NCBI GenBank assembly: GCA_019058275.1
Contig: JAHLVW010000074.1
Span: 1 to 64,000, forward strand
DNA from: Candidatus Heimdallarchaeota archaeon
Lineage (GTDB): Archaea; Asgardarchaeota; Heimdallarchaeia; JABLTI01
Length of the DNA: 64,000 bases
Reading direction: 5' to 3'
The position numbers were made by a program, and so were the translations under genes. Below are positions 39,598-50,573 of the stretch, one piece after another. The notes below the pieces were generated by a model, which ran no database searches, was not told where the DNA came from, and saw only the letters and a program-made list of their open reading frames with translations. The first letter of the stretch is position 1. Every line of letters starts with the position of its first letter.

Positions 39598-40339
39598 AGT
39601 AATCTCTTTCCTCCGGTCTTATTAATGCTTTTGCTGATATTTCCTTTTGCTTAAATTTCAATCCCCTTATAACTATGACTGCATTTCCTTCATCTGATTC
39701 CCCCATAACTAATCCTGCAGCAGAACACAATTGATCAGCTAGAGAAATCGACGATGATTTCAATTTGTATCCGAACAAGTCCGTTTTATTAATATAATTT
39801 TTTACTGGATCAATTCCCGAACATCCTATTGCTATATTAATAGCTCCAAGTCGAAATGGTCTATTATGAGTATCAGAAATTAATACAGCTATCTTCTTCT
39901 TGCACCTATTTTGAATGTACATTCTGATTTCTTTTGCTGATTTATCAGGATTTTCCGGTAATAGAGATATTGTGTTTTCTCCCGGAACATTTGATCTATC
40001 GATGCCGCTATTTGCGCATACAAAACCATGTTTTGTTTCCGTTATTAGAACTCCATTTCGATTTTTGCAAATATTCTTTGCTTCTCTTAAAATCATCTCT
40101 ACATATTTTGGGTCTTTCTTACCTTGGTTTGCTATTTCTACTGCAAATTCTGATGGCTCAACCTCATCTAAGTTAATAATTTGCCCTTCTGCTCTCGAGA
40201 TAATGGTTTGAGCTATTATTATAATATCAAAATCTTTGATTTCAGTAGCATTATTTTCAATGCCTTGTAGTATTAGCTCAGCTAAATTATCATCTTTTTT
40301 TATGATTGGAAAATTATTAATGGGGAAAATCTTCAACAT
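39590..40339 (-). CDS. cofE: Coenzyme F420:L-glutamate ligase
   Basis: ISRAEG, ANSGIDRSN, LLPENPD.SA, ISDT..RPFR.G and MGES motifs. Confidence 0.92.
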   Translation of the reverse strand: MLKIFPINNFPIIKKDDNLAELILQGIENNATEIKDFDIIIIAQTIISRAEGQIINLDEVEPSEFAVEIANQGKKDPKYVEMILREAKNICKNRNGVLITETKHGFVCANSGIDRSNVPGENTISLLPENPDKSAKEIRMYIQNRCKKKIAVLISDTHNRPFRLGAINIAIGCSGIDPVKNYINKTDLFGYKLKSSSISLADQLCSAAGLVMGESDEGNAVIVIRGLKFKQKEISAKALIRPEERDYFR

Positions 40340-40412
40340 TTTTTATCAACACAATTCAAAATAAAAAAAATAAGATAGGATTCTGATTTAACAGAATCTA
40401 GAAATTTATCTC

Positions 40413-41348
40413 TTAGACTGTAATTTCTATACCTAATCTTCTAACTAGTTCTTTGTATCTATTTCGTACAGTGACTTCAGTTACTGTTGCAGTTTCCGCT
40501 ATTTCTCTTTGGGTTCTTCTTTCACCTTCAATAATTCCTGCAATGTAAATTGATGCTGCTGCTAATCCTGTAGGATCCTTTCCTGCTGTAAGACCATTCT
40601 CTTTTGCTTGATCTATGATTTCAATCGCTCTCTGTGCTGTATGTCCTGATAACCTAAGTTCTGCACTAAATCGAATAATGTAATCATTTGGATTAGCTAA
40701 TGGAATTCTTATTTGTAATTCCCTTATTATCAACCTATAACATCTTCCAAGTTCTTTTTTGGAAATTCTGCTATTCTTGGCAATTTCATCTAAAGTTCTA
40801 GGAACTCTTCTTATTCGTGCTGCAGCATAAACTGCTGCTGCGATCATTGCTTCTATGCTTCGACCTCGAATTAGATGTCTTTCAATTGCTTTACGGTAAA
40901 TAACTGCTGCAGTTTCTTTTACAGTTCTTGGTATACCAATTTGTGAACTTAATCTGTCTAATTCACTCATTGCATAAGCAAGATTTCTATCCATTGAAGA
41001 ATGAACTCTAGTTCTAATTTGCCATTTCCTTAATCTATAAATCTGTGCTCTTCTTCTAGGTGACAATTTCTTCCCGTAAACATCTCTATCTTCCCATCCG
41101 ATTTGTGTTGCAAGTCCTTTGTCATGAACGGCAAAAGATGTTGGTGATCCAACTCTACTTCTTTTATTACGTTCTTCTGAAGTAAAAGCTCTCCATTCAG
41201 GTCCTTCATCAATTATATGTTCATCAATGACAGCTCCACAATTAGTACAAATTCGTTCTCCTCTTGTTGAGTCACTAATTATATCAGATGATCCACATTC
41301 AGAGCAAGCGACTTGTGCTTTATCTTCTTTTAAATCTTCTTTAGACAT
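40413..41348 (-). CDS. tfb: Transcription initiation factor IIB (canonical)
   Basis: Zinc ribbon, GPEWRAF B-reader, cyclin repeats and VTEVTVRNRY. Confidence 0.98.
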   Translation of the reverse strand: MSKEDLKEDKAQVACSECGSSDIISDSTRGERICTNCGAVIDEHIIDEGPEWRAFTSEERNKRSRVGSPTSFAVHDKGLATQIGWEDRDVYGKKLSPRRRAQIYRLRKWQIRTRVHSSMDRNLAYAMSELDRLSSQIGIPRTVKETAAVIYRKAIERHLIRGRSIEAMIAAAVYAAARIRRVPRTLDEIAKNSRISKKELGRCYRLIIRELQIRIPLANPNDYIIRFSAELRLSGHTAQRAIEIIDQAKENGLTAGKDPTGLAAASIYIAGIIEGERRTQREIAETATVTEVTVRNRYKELVRRLGIEITV

Positions 41349-41684
41349 TCTCTAACAAACCACTCCAAATTTTGATTGTTTTCAATTATTTGTTATTTTT
41401 TACTTTCTATTAGCGATGATGTTAAATATTAGTATTATCTAAATGAACATAAAGAGCAAGCTGTGAAGAAGACTATGTCTTCTTGTTGCTAATAAAATGG
41501 CCCCACAATGTTTTTTAGTTAGTTTTTAATCGCTTCGGGAAAGATTTTTATATTACTTCTAAAGTTTTTGTTAGAACTTCATATATAAATGTTTCGAAAA
41601 AATATTTATCTAAATAATGTTTTTCCTTATAAACTACTTAATTTTAAAATTTTTTGATAGGAATTTTGGGGAAAAAGATAAAGT

Positions 41685-41704
41685 ATAGACGCCGTAGCGT
41701 CTAT
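41685..41704. terminator. Hairpin downstream of the ABC permease genes
   Basis: ATAGACGC-CGTA-GCGTCTAT. Confidence 0.55.
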
Positions 41705-41720
41705 TTATATGTTAGATTTT

Positions 41721-42758
41721 TTATTTCAGCTTTGGATCTAAAGCGTCTCTTAAAGCATCTCCCATGAGGTTAAACCCAAGGATTGTAATGAATATCATTG
41801 TTGCAGGCCAAGTAGGCATCCACCAATATGTAAGCAAGTTATCACGGTGATAAGCTAAATCATCGCCCCATGAAACTGCAGTAGCATCACCTAAACCGAA
41901 GAAAGCCAACGCTGCAATAAACATCAAAGTATTTGCTATACCTAATGTTGTAATAACAATAACAGGTGATAGTGAATTTGGTATAACATGTCTAAAGATA
42001 ATCCTCGAATCTTTTGCTCCTAACGCTCTTTCCGCTTCTATAAATTCCGTATTTTTCAGCGATAAAATCGTACTTCGTACAATTAGACTGGTTCCGCCCC
42101 AGCCAATAAGTGCGAATATCGTTATTACGATCATATAGATTCCACCTGGAACAGATCCTGCTATATCTCTGAAGATAGCAACTATAAAGATAAACAAGAT
42201 AAAACCAGGCATTGCAGAAATAACTTCATTTATCCTTTGTACTATGGTATCAAAAGCTCCACCATAGTAACCTGAAAATGCACCAATTATCATTCCCAAA
42301 ATACTTGTTGTCATTTGCCCAACAAAACCTAAAACGAGTGATAATGTTGAACCAAAGAAAGTTCTAGAAAGAATATCATATCCTCTTGTATCTGTTCCAA
42401 AAGGATACTGTGCATTTGGTGGCAGAATTTGATCTCCAGGTATAATGTATCTTGGATGTGCAATTAAACGTAGATACTTTTCTGTTCCAGGTATCCATAA
42501 TTCAATATAGTAGTTATTTTGGTCCCATGGATCTGCTGTTGGATTATTCAACCCAAATAATGCATCATATTGCTGGATAAGAAAGGCGATGATTGCAACA
42601 GCAACTAAGAAGGTAACAATATAGAAACCGAACATTCCCATCTGATCTTTACGCATTCGTCTCATAACGAGAGCCCAGAGATTAGAACCCTCTACTAATT
42701 TTATTTCTTCAAGGATTCTTGCTTCTCTATCGATGCTTGTTTCATTTACAGTAGCCAA
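41721..42758 (-). CDS. dppC: Peptide/nickel ABC permease (DppC/OppC)
   Basis: FGTDTRGYD, EFIEAERALGA..RIIFRHVIPN and GDALRDALDP motifs. Confidence 0.92.
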   Translation of the reverse strand: MATVNETSIDREARILEEIKLVEGSNLWALVMRRMRKDQMGMFGFYIVTFLVAVAIIAFLIQQYDALFGLNNPTADPWDQNNYYIELWIPGTEKYLRLIAHPRYIIPGDQILPPNAQYPFGTDTRGYDILSRTFFGSTLSLVLGFVGQMTTSILGMIIGAFSGYYGGAFDTIVQRINEVISAMPGFILFIFIVAIFRDIAGSVPGGIYMIVITIFALIGWGGTSLIVRSTILSLKNTEFIEAERALGAKDSRIIFRHVIPNSLSPVIVITTLGIANTLMFIAALAFFGLGDATAVSWGDDLAYHRDNLLTYWWMPTWPATMIFITILGFNLMGDALRDALDPKLK

Positions 42759-42774
42759 TTCTTTATCATCTCCT

Positions 42775-43827
42775 TTAGTATCTGATTCTTGGATCGACTA
42801 GAGCATAGCTCAAATCTACCAACAATCGAAAGACTAAGAATAATCCTCCAAATATGAAGTTCGTAGCCATCATCATAGGCTGGTCTCTTTGAAGAGCACT
42901 TGTTAAGAACACACTTCCTAATCCTGGCCAACCAAAGACGCCCTCAGTCATGACAGCTCCGGCAAGCAATCCAGGTAATGCCATACCAACTACTGTTACA
43001 ATTGGTAGGAGTGCATTACGAAATGCGTGCTTGTAAATGACTGATCGTTCAGCTAAACCTTTTGCTCTAGCTGTAGTAATATAATCTTGTCTTAATATAT
43101 CTAGTAATTGTGACCTCGTTAACCTTGCCAAAAACACTAATCCTGTCAAAACTAATGTCAATGTTGGGAGTATTAAGAAAACATAAAATGTACCATTAAG
43201 TATAAACGGTTCCCGGAATGCCTCACCTTGCGTTGCTCCTGTAAAGTTGAACATATAAAATGACGCCAACATTACCAGCTTAGCCAGCCAAAACGTCGGC
43301 ATTGAATACCCTATTAGTGAAGCAATAGTTACTCCTTTGTCCCAAATTGAGTATTGTCTTGTCGCTTGAACAACTCCAATTACCGTTGCTAGTATTGTAC
43401 TAATAATAAATGCTGGTGTTGTTAAGAAAAGTGTATACCACATTCTAGAGACTATAATGTCTGTTATAGGCTTTCCTTGTTTTCCATCTTCAGACCAATA
43501 CCACGATCGACCAAAATCTCCTTGTAAGATTCCACTTCGTATATAATCATTATTTTCATAGGACCATCTTTTCATAAGTCCAAGCCATTGGAAATAGCGT
43601 ATAACTGAATTGATTTCTTCACCATCTGCATCAAGAATTCCGATTTCAAAACCAATTTCATCATATAATATATCATAGTCTGCTTGTTCTCCTTTAAACA
43701 GCCCCATCCGTATCTGAATAGGGTCTCCAGGAGATGCTGCTATTAGTGCGAAACTTACGATCGATATACCTAGTATAGTAGGAAAGATGTATATGATTCG
43801 CCTCATTGCATAATTTCTCAAAGACAT
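42775..43827 (-). CDS. dppB: Peptide/nickel ABC permease (DppB/OppB)
   Basis: PGDP, GDFGRS, DYITTARAKGL, KHAFRNA and DPRIR motifs. Confidence 0.92.
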   Translation of the reverse strand: MSLRNYAMRRIIYIFPTILGISIVSFALIAASPGDPIQIRMGLFKGEQADYDILYDEIGFEIGILDADGEEINSVIRYFQWLGLMKRWSYENNDYIRSGILQGDFGRSWYWSEDGKQGKPITDIIVSRMWYTLFLTTPAFIISTILATVIGVVQATRQYSIWDKGVTIASLIGYSMPTFWLAKLVMLASFYMFNFTGATQGEAFREPFILNGTFYVFLILPTLTLVLTGLVFLARLTRSQLLDILRQDYITTARAKGLAERSVIYKHAFRNALLPIVTVVGMALPGLLAGAVMTEGVFGWPGLGSVFLTSALQRDQPMMMATNFIFGGLFLVFRLLVDLSYALVDPRIRY

Positions 43828-44006
43828 TTTTTCAACATCTCTTATTTGATTTGCTTTTATAATGAAAATTTTTCATTCATAATGATTTTTAAATTTTTAT
43901 TTGTCTACTAATATATCTCTTTGCTCATATATAGGTGTTGCGACAGATGACTAAATTTAACTTTTTTATAAATTTTTAACAATTTTTGAGTTATTTTCAT
44001 TTATTT

Positions 44007-45848
44007 TTATTCCCATTTACCTTTATAGTATTCAACTATTCTTTCAGCAATTTTCCTATCAATTCCCTTTACCTTTTTCAGCTCTTCAATACTTGCTTTC
44101 TTTATTTCTTCAATGCTTCCAAAATGCTCAAGCAACAGATTTATTCTCTTTGTTCTAATATTTGGTATCTCCTCAAGTGAAGACTTAATCATTTTTTTAC
44201 TTCTTCTTTGTCTGTGAAAACTTACAGCAAATCTGTGCGCTTCATCTCTTATGCGCTGTAATATTTTTAGAGCCTCAGATCTTTTATCTAAAATTAATGA
44301 ATCTCTATTATCTGGAAAGTGTATTTCCTCAAATTCCTTTGAAAGTCCAATAACTGGAATTTCAAGTAAATTCTCATTTAAAACGGAAATTACTGAACTA
44401 ATCTGACCTGGACCTCCGTCAATTAGAATTAAATCAGGTTTTTCTTCTTTGCTTCCTAAACTTCCAGTAAATCTTCTTTTTATCATTTCTTTTATTGAAG
44501 CGAAATCATCTTGTCCTTCAATTGTTTTTATTATAAATTTCCTATAATCCTTTTTCTTTGGTTCTCCTTGTTCAAATACAACGCATGAACCTACTGTGTT
44601 TGTGCCTTGTAAAGTTGATACATCATATCCTTCTATTCTTCTAGGAATTTCTTTAAGATTTAAGATTTTTTTCAATTCAGAAAGCCCTTTAGAAGTTCTC
44701 TCTTCTTTGATTTTCTGAAACTTTTCAATTGTACTTAGATTAGTTTTTGCATTAATCAAAGCTAAATTAATAAGTGATTTTTGCTCCTTTGTTTTTGCTT
44801 TAGTCAATACAGTAACCTTTTCTTCTGTTCCTTGCTTTGAACTCAACCACTCATTTATTACATTTTCATCTTCAATTTCAATCTGTATTAGAATCTTCTT
44901 TGGTATAAAATCAGTCTTTGAATAATATTGTTTAATAAAGGATGTTAATATTTCAAATTCTTCAAGAGCAAATGGTAAGTTCATAATAAAGTGCTTTTGT
45001 TCAATAATTCTACCTTGTCTCATTAACAAAATTTGTGCAATAGCCATTTTTTCTATCACTATTACTCCTATTATATCATACTCAGCATCTTTATTTTTAG
45101 AAACAATTATTTGTTTTTGAATAATTTTTTCTAAAGCAGAAATTTTATCTCTTAAGATAGCAGCTTTTTCATAATTCATCTGATTTGAAGCTTCATTCAT
45201 TTCTTCTTTAAGTTCTATAATTAAATCCTGCTGTTTTCCCTCAAATAATTTAATGAAATGCTTCATTGCTTTACTATAATTCTCTAGACTAATTTTATTT
45301 ACACAGGGTGCTAAACATCTATCTAATTGGAAAAATAAACATGACCTATCAAATTTTTCAATTTTAATTTCTTTTTTACATCTGGCTATTGGAAAAATAG
45401 TTAATGCTTTTTTTAAAGCTGCTCTTAATGCTTTAACATCTGTATATGGACCAAAATAAACATCTTTATTTTCAGTTCTCTTTCTTACTATTTCTACTCT
45501 TGGAATTTCTTCACTTGTTGTTATTTTTAGGTAAGGATATGTTTTGTCATCTTTTAATCTAGCATTCAGTTTAGGTTTATGAACTTTAATGAGATTGTTT
45601 TCAAGAATTAATGCTTCAATCTCTGAATTTGTGATTATAAATTCCACATCTTTTGCTTCATCATTTATATCCCTTGTTTTTCTATCAGTTGCACTTTTGA
45701 CGAAATAGGAGCTTACTCTCTTTCGAAGCGACTTTGCTTTACCAACATAAATAACCTTTTGATTTTCATTCTTAAATAAGTAAACCCCAGGTGAATCAGG
45801 AAATGATCTAACTAATATTAGTAAATTTTCATGTATCATATTTGGCAA
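44007..45848 (-). CDS. uvrC: Excinuclease ABC subunit C
   Basis: PGVY..YVGKAKSLRKRV, RIEGYDVS, LIDGG.GQ, RDEAHRFA and an HhH motif. Confidence 0.97.
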   Translation of the reverse strand: MPNMIHENLLILVRSFPDSPGVYLFKNENQKVIYVGKAKSLRKRVSSYFVKSATDRKTRDINDEAKDVEFIITNSEIEALILENNLIKVHKPKLNARLKDDKTYPYLKITTSEEIPRVEIVRKRTENKDVYFGPYTDVKALRAALKKALTIFPIARCKKEIKIEKFDRSCLFFQLDRCLAPCVNKISLENYSKAMKHFIKLFEGKQQDLIIELKEEMNEASNQMNYEKAAILRDKISALEKIIQKQIIVSKNKDAEYDIIGVIVIEKMAIAQILLMRQGRIIEQKHFIMNLPFALEEFEILTSFIKQYYSKTDFIPKKILIQIEIEDENVINEWLSSKQGTEEKVTVLTKAKTKEQKSLINLALINAKTNLSTIEKFQKIKEERTSKGLSELKKILNLKEIPRRIEGYDVSTLQGTNTVGSCVVFEQGEPKKKDYRKFIIKTIEGQDDFASIKEMIKRRFTGSLGSKEEKPDLILIDGGPGQISSVISVLNENLLEIPVIGLSKEFEEIHFPDNRDSLILDKRSEALKILQRIRDEAHRFAVSFHRQRRSKKMIKSSLEEIPNIRTKRINLLLEHFGSIEEIKKASIEELKKVKGIDRKIAERIVEYYKGKWE

Positions 45849-46110
45849 TTAATTTCACTTGCGTATTTTGTAATTGTAATTATAGATTAATTCTAAAGAT
45901 TATTATTTTATCTTACCAGTTGATTTATCTTTTATTATTTAATTCAATAAATTTCCATAATTTCAGCTGCTAATAAGCCTTCATTTGGTGTTTTTATAGT
46001 TCATTTTTAACTAATTTATGGTCGATTAGCTCGTAAAAGATCGATTTCTATGCCTATCAAAAAATTATGCAGGCATACATAGAGAAATGAGAAGAGGCCT
46101 ATGATCATCT

Positions 46111-47604
46111 ATGTCAGAGCAATTGTTCGATAATTTAAAATTATTAAGTGATAATTCAAATCTATCAAATGTCTTTGAAAAGACGATGATTAAATTCTAC
46201 CCTAAAGTTAAGGATATTAATCAACAGATTGCTTTGGACCTGGGTTTTCTCTATATTTTCAGACAATTAGAAAATGATGATGATAAAGATGAACTTGTAA
46301 ATTTTTGGCAAGAGAATTCAGAACCTAAGATTATACAACTCCCAATGGGAGAATTTCATTATAGACCATATATTGATTTTATTTTTTTAGATAAAATTAT
46401 GAGTGGATTATTTATTGAGACAACATTAGAACAAATGTCGAAATTTGATAGTCTAACCTTTTATGAATCATGTGCTATTCTTTTTGATCTCGAGCGATAT
46501 TTTATTGTGCCTTTATCTGAAATGGACGTAAAAATCATAGAAGCTATTAGGGGTTTTATTGGAAAGGATAAGTATTATAATAATGATTTACTGTCGAAAA
46601 AACTCAAGGTTAGATCAAATTACATAAGTAGAAGAATTGGTTACCTGCGTAATAATGCTTATTTTCGAGTAACAGGAACTGTTAACTTTCCGATGATTGG
46701 TTTGAATTTATACATTATCCTAATAGAGTCGTCTCCTGCTTATTACGATGTTATACCTCAGTTATTTTCATCTCCATATACAAGAACAATTCGACGATGC
46801 CCAAATCAACGGTTTGATTATATTGTGTCATTAACAATCCCAAAGCAATATGAACAAAATCTCTTTGATTATCTGCAGAGATTAAATAAACATGAGAAAA
46901 TTCGATCATACTATTGTGACGAAGTAAAGGAAATAGCAAATAATCTTAACTTTTCATATTATACCTATTCAAAAAGACCTTCGGTTTTATCTGCTAATAA
47001 ACCAGGATTTTGTATCGATTGGTTTAGAGAAAGAATATTGAGCTTATCAAAAAATACAGAAATAGGTGATAATTCAAATTTTCACAAGTTTCCCTTTGAG
47101 GGAAACCAAGTTGATTTCTCTATCATGGATCTCAAAGTTATGACTCTGTTTAGAAGAGATCTTGATAGTTCAGTTCGAACAATAGCAAAGAGATTAGCTC
47201 TCACTTGGGATGATACAAATTACCATTTGGAAAGAGCTAAGAAGCTTCTATTCCCAATGATATTATTGTATTACATGGGATTGAATCAAACTGCTATCTT
47301 GTTCTTTGAGGAGATTTCTAAGAAACAGATCCTTCAACTACAAACTATTCTGACTCGAATGCCACAAACGTTTTCATACTCTTTTAAAAATAAAGGAGCC
47401 ATCGTAACTGTTGATTTAATGAATGGTTCACATCGTCTAAATGATCTAATTTGTGAAACATTGCCAGAACTAAAAAACACACAATTCTCTTTAGCATCTA
47501 AAACTAGTGGTATTTTTAGACCGATTCCTTACAAATATTATAATGAAGAGGGGAAGTCTTGGATTTTTCCTGAAAATTTCTTTCTTCTTAATGATTTAAA
47601 ATAA
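46111..47604 (+). CDS. Large regulator with tandem Lrp/AsnC-like HTH modules
   Basis: Two LSE.D.KI..HTH..GL repeats, each followed by a ferredoxin-like segment. Confidence 0.6.
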   Translation: MSEQLFDNLKLLSDNSNLSNVFEKTMIKFYPKVKDINQQIALDLGFLYIFRQLENDDDKDELVNFWQENSEPKIIQLPMGEFHYRPYIDFIFLDKIMSGLFIETTLEQMSKFDSLTFYESCAILFDLERYFIVPLSEMDVKIIEAIRGFIGKDKYYNNDLLSKKLKVRSNYISRRIGYLRNNAYFRVTGTVNFPMIGLNLYIILIESSPAYYDVIPQLFSSPYTRTIRRCPNQRFDYIVSLTIPKQYEQNLFDYLQRLNKHEKIRSYYCDEVKEIANNLNFSYYTYSKRPSVLSANKPGFCIDWFRERILSLSKNTEIGDNSNFHKFPFEGNQVDFSIMDLKVMTLFRRDLDSSVRTIAKRLALTWDDTNYHLERAKKLLFPMILLYYMGLNQTAILFFEEISKKQILQLQTILTRMPQTFSYSFKNKGAIVTVDLMNGSHRLNDLICETLPELKNTQFSLASKTSGIFRPIPYKYYNEEGKSWIFPENFFLLNDLK

Positions 47605-47703
47605 AATGCTGTATTTCTTTGCTTTATTAATAACAGTCCATTTATACATGCAATAAGTTAATAATTAATTAGTTATAGAACTTGCATATTTGAGGAAAAC
47701 TAA

Positions 47704-50025
47704 TTGAAATCTCGAGTCAAAGTCATTTGTAGAGGTATAGTTCAAGGTATAGGTTTCAGACCCTTTGTTTATAGATTTGCAAAAAAATTAAACTTAACAG
47801 GCTTTGTCAGAAATCAAGGTGATGCAGGTGTTCAAATTATTGCAGAAGGTCCAAAGGAGGACCTTGACAAATTTGTTAATTTTCTTAAATATGACAAACC
47901 TTACCTCGCTAAGTATGAAGATTTTCAAGTAATGTGGGAATCTTTTCAAAATGAATTCACTAAATTTGAGATTTTATCAAGCTCTGTGAAAAAAGTGGGT
48001 GGAGTTTCATATCTTCCTCCTGATATTTCAATTTGTGTTGATTGTTTAAAAGACATGCAAAAAACTGATAATGATCGGTTTAATTATGCTTTTACTTCTT
48101 GTGCAATTTGTGGTCCAAGATATACAACCATTACAAGCCTACCATATGATAGACCTAATACAACAATGATAGATTTCCCATTATGTTATATGTGTAAAAG
48201 TGAATATGATAATCCATTAGATCGAAGACATCATGCCCAAACAACATGCTGTGCGAAATGTGGACCAACATTAACTTTACACAATAAAAATGGAAGTAAA
48301 ATCAAAACTAAGGATTTGTATAATGAAATTGTTAAGTTAATTTCAGAAGGAAACATAATTACAATTAAAGGAATCGGAGGAACACATCTAGCTTGTTCAG
48401 CTGTTGATGCAGAGCCAATATTACGGTTAAGGACACGTAAAGGAAAAAGAAAACATAAGCCCTTTGCAGTAATTTCTAAATCCATAGATGAAATAAGGAA
48501 ATTTGCTTCAGTTAATGCTATTGAAGCGCAATTACTAGTAAGTCATCGTAGACCAATTGTTTTGTTGGAAAAGAAGCAACCATTTCCTTTATCTGAATGG
48601 ATTGCTCCTGAATTGTTCAATATAGGAGTAATGTTACCATATTCAGGGATTCACTCATTAATATTGGATATGTTGAATGATCCTGCTTTAATTCTTACAA
48701 GCGCCAATCCTTCAAATGTTCCAATGTATATCAAAAACAAACAAATATTATCAAATGTAGACGATCTTGCTGACTATATTCTTTTACACAATAGAAGAAT
48801 ACACCAACGTGCTGATGACAGTGTTATAAGATTATCAAATGATAATCCTGTATTAATAAGAAGATCTAGAGGTTGGGTTCCAGAACCTATAAATCTGCCA
48901 TTTAACCTGAAAGATTATGTTTCACTAGGCGTAGGTCCACTTTTAACCTCAACTGGAGCTATTGCAATGACAAATCGTTGTTTTCCAACTCAATATATAG
49001 GTAATGTTGATACACTAGAAACATTAGATTTTCTCGAATCAGCCATTAATCACTTAGGATCATTATTAGGTGTAGATTCATACAAAATTATTGGATACGA
49101 TTTACACCCAAATTTCTTTTCAACAAAATTGGCTAAAAAATATGCAACAGAAAATAATGCTGATTTATTACAAATACAACATCATCATGCACATGCAGCT
49201 TCCTTAATGATTGATAATCAATTACCCATAGAAGAGGAGATTGTTGCGATTATTGCTGATGGGGTTGGATATGGAATCGATGGTGTAATTTGGGGAGGTG
49301 AAATATTTCATACAACCTATAAAGGCTTTAAAAGGATAGGGCACCTTGAAGAACAACCAATGATTGGTGGAGATAGAGCTACTTATTATCCAATAAGAAT
49401 GGTTGCTGGAATTCTTTCAAAAATACTATCTGAGGATGAAATTTACAGATTACTAACAAAGAATTATCCTGATAGTCTACCGGGCGGGGATAATGAAATA
49501 CGTGTATTACTCACTCAACTAGAAAAAAACATTAATGTGTCTAGTACAACAAGCACAGGTAGAATTCTCGCTACAGTCAGCGCATTGCTTAAAGCTTGTT
49601 ATGAAAGAACTTACGAGGGAGAGCCTGCAATTATATTAGAATCATTAGCATATAATGGGAATCCCAAAGGAGTTTCTTTTAAAATACCGGAAGCAGATAA
49701 TGGTATAATAGATACAACATCATTAATTCATCAAGCATTAGAATTCTATAATTCTGGTGTAAGGCCTGCCAATATTGCAGCTGCAGTACATTCCGAAATA
49801 GCAAATCAATTTGCTAATGCTGCCATCAAATATGCAAAATCTAATTCAATTAGAAAAATTGGTTTTACAGGTGGAGTGGCGTATAATGATATGATCTCGA
49901 GACAAATTTTTAAAAAAGTAAAAGATGCAAAACTTGAATTTTTACAACATAAATCATTGCCTTGTGGCGATGGTGGAATAAGTAGTGGTCAATCAGTGAT
50001 TGCAGCTCTAAGTAAAAATGAATAG
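47704..50025 (+). CDS. hypF: Hydrogenase maturation carbamoyltransferase HypF
   Basis: GIVQGIGFRPFVY, CxxC zinc fingers, QHHHAH and GDGGISSGQ motifs. Confidence 0.98.
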   Translation: MKSRVKVICRGIVQGIGFRPFVYRFAKKLNLTGFVRNQGDAGVQIIAEGPKEDLDKFVNFLKYDKPYLAKYEDFQVMWESFQNEFTKFEILSSSVKKVGGVSYLPPDISICVDCLKDMQKTDNDRFNYAFTSCAICGPRYTTITSLPYDRPNTTMIDFPLCYMCKSEYDNPLDRRHHAQTTCCAKCGPTLTLHNKNGSKIKTKDLYNEIVKLISEGNIITIKGIGGTHLACSAVDAEPILRLRTRKGKRKHKPFAVISKSIDEIRKFASVNAIEAQLLVSHRRPIVLLEKKQPFPLSEWIAPELFNIGVMLPYSGIHSLILDMLNDPALILTSANPSNVPMYIKNKQILSNVDDLADYILLHNRRIHQRADDSVIRLSNDNPVLIRRSRGWVPEPINLPFNLKDYVSLGVGPLLTSTGAIAMTNRCFPTQYIGNVDTLETLDFLESAINHLGSLLGVDSYKIIGYDLHPNFFSTKLAKKYATENNADLLQIQHHHAHAASLMIDNQLPIEEEIVAIIADGVGYGIDGVIWGGEIFHTTYKGFKRIGHLEEQPMIGGDRATYYPIRMVAGILSKILSEDEIYRLLTKNYPDSLPGGDNEIRVLLTQLEKNINVSSTTSTGRILATVSALLKACYERTYEGEPAIILESLAYNGNPKGVSFKIPEADNGIIDTTSLIHQALEFYNSGVRPANIAAAVHSEIANQFANAAIKYAKSNSIRKIGFTGGVAYNDMISRQIFKKVKDAKLEFLQHKSLPCGDGGISSGQSVIAALSKNE

Positions 50026-50060
50026 GAAAGTTCCGTAATACATGAAATACAAATAATACT

Positions 50061-50573
50061 CTAGCTTGATTTTGAAAGAGCAGTTTGCTTCTTAAGATTT
50101 TGAACATTATCAAAAATCATTTTTGTATAAACCTTAATCCATTTTTCTCTTTCTTCAGGTGATTGATTTTCCAGATTATTTATAGTAATTAAATCTAGAA
50201 AATTCTGTGATAATTCATTAAAATCTGATAGTCTAGGTGAATCTATTATATTTAATACTGCAGCTACCATGAGAGTAAAAATGGCTTTAATTAAATTTAA
50301 TCTAGCTTGTTCCAGAGTTCTATAGAATGCTCGTTTTGTTACATTTCTAATTTTACCACGTTCAAGATATCCTAAATCTGGATTTATCTCATCTGTTATT
50401 ATGTCAACAACCAACGTTTCCAATTGTATTTTCGTCAAATTTGTCCATACTTTAGATCCCTTAATTGATGAATCATTATTTTCATAAAATAATTTAATTA
50501 CTGGATTGTTTAGTATATTATTGACTTGTTGTTTAATCTGTTTTATATCGCTTTTATTCATTTGATGCACCAA
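50061..50573 (-). CDS. Conserved hypothetical HTH-containing protein
   Basis: TNLTKIQLETL...RGKIRNVTKRAFYRTLEQARLN (sigma-4/LuxR-like HTH pattern). Confidence 0.7.
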   Translation of the reverse strand: MVHQMNKSDIKQIKQQVNNILNNPVIKLFYENNDSSIKGSKVWTNLTKIQLETLVVDIITDEINPDLGYLERGKIRNVTKRAFYRTLEQARLNLIKAIFTLMVAAVLNIIDSPRLSDFNELSQNFLDLITINNLENQSPEEREKWIKVYTKMIFDNVQNLKKQTALSKSS

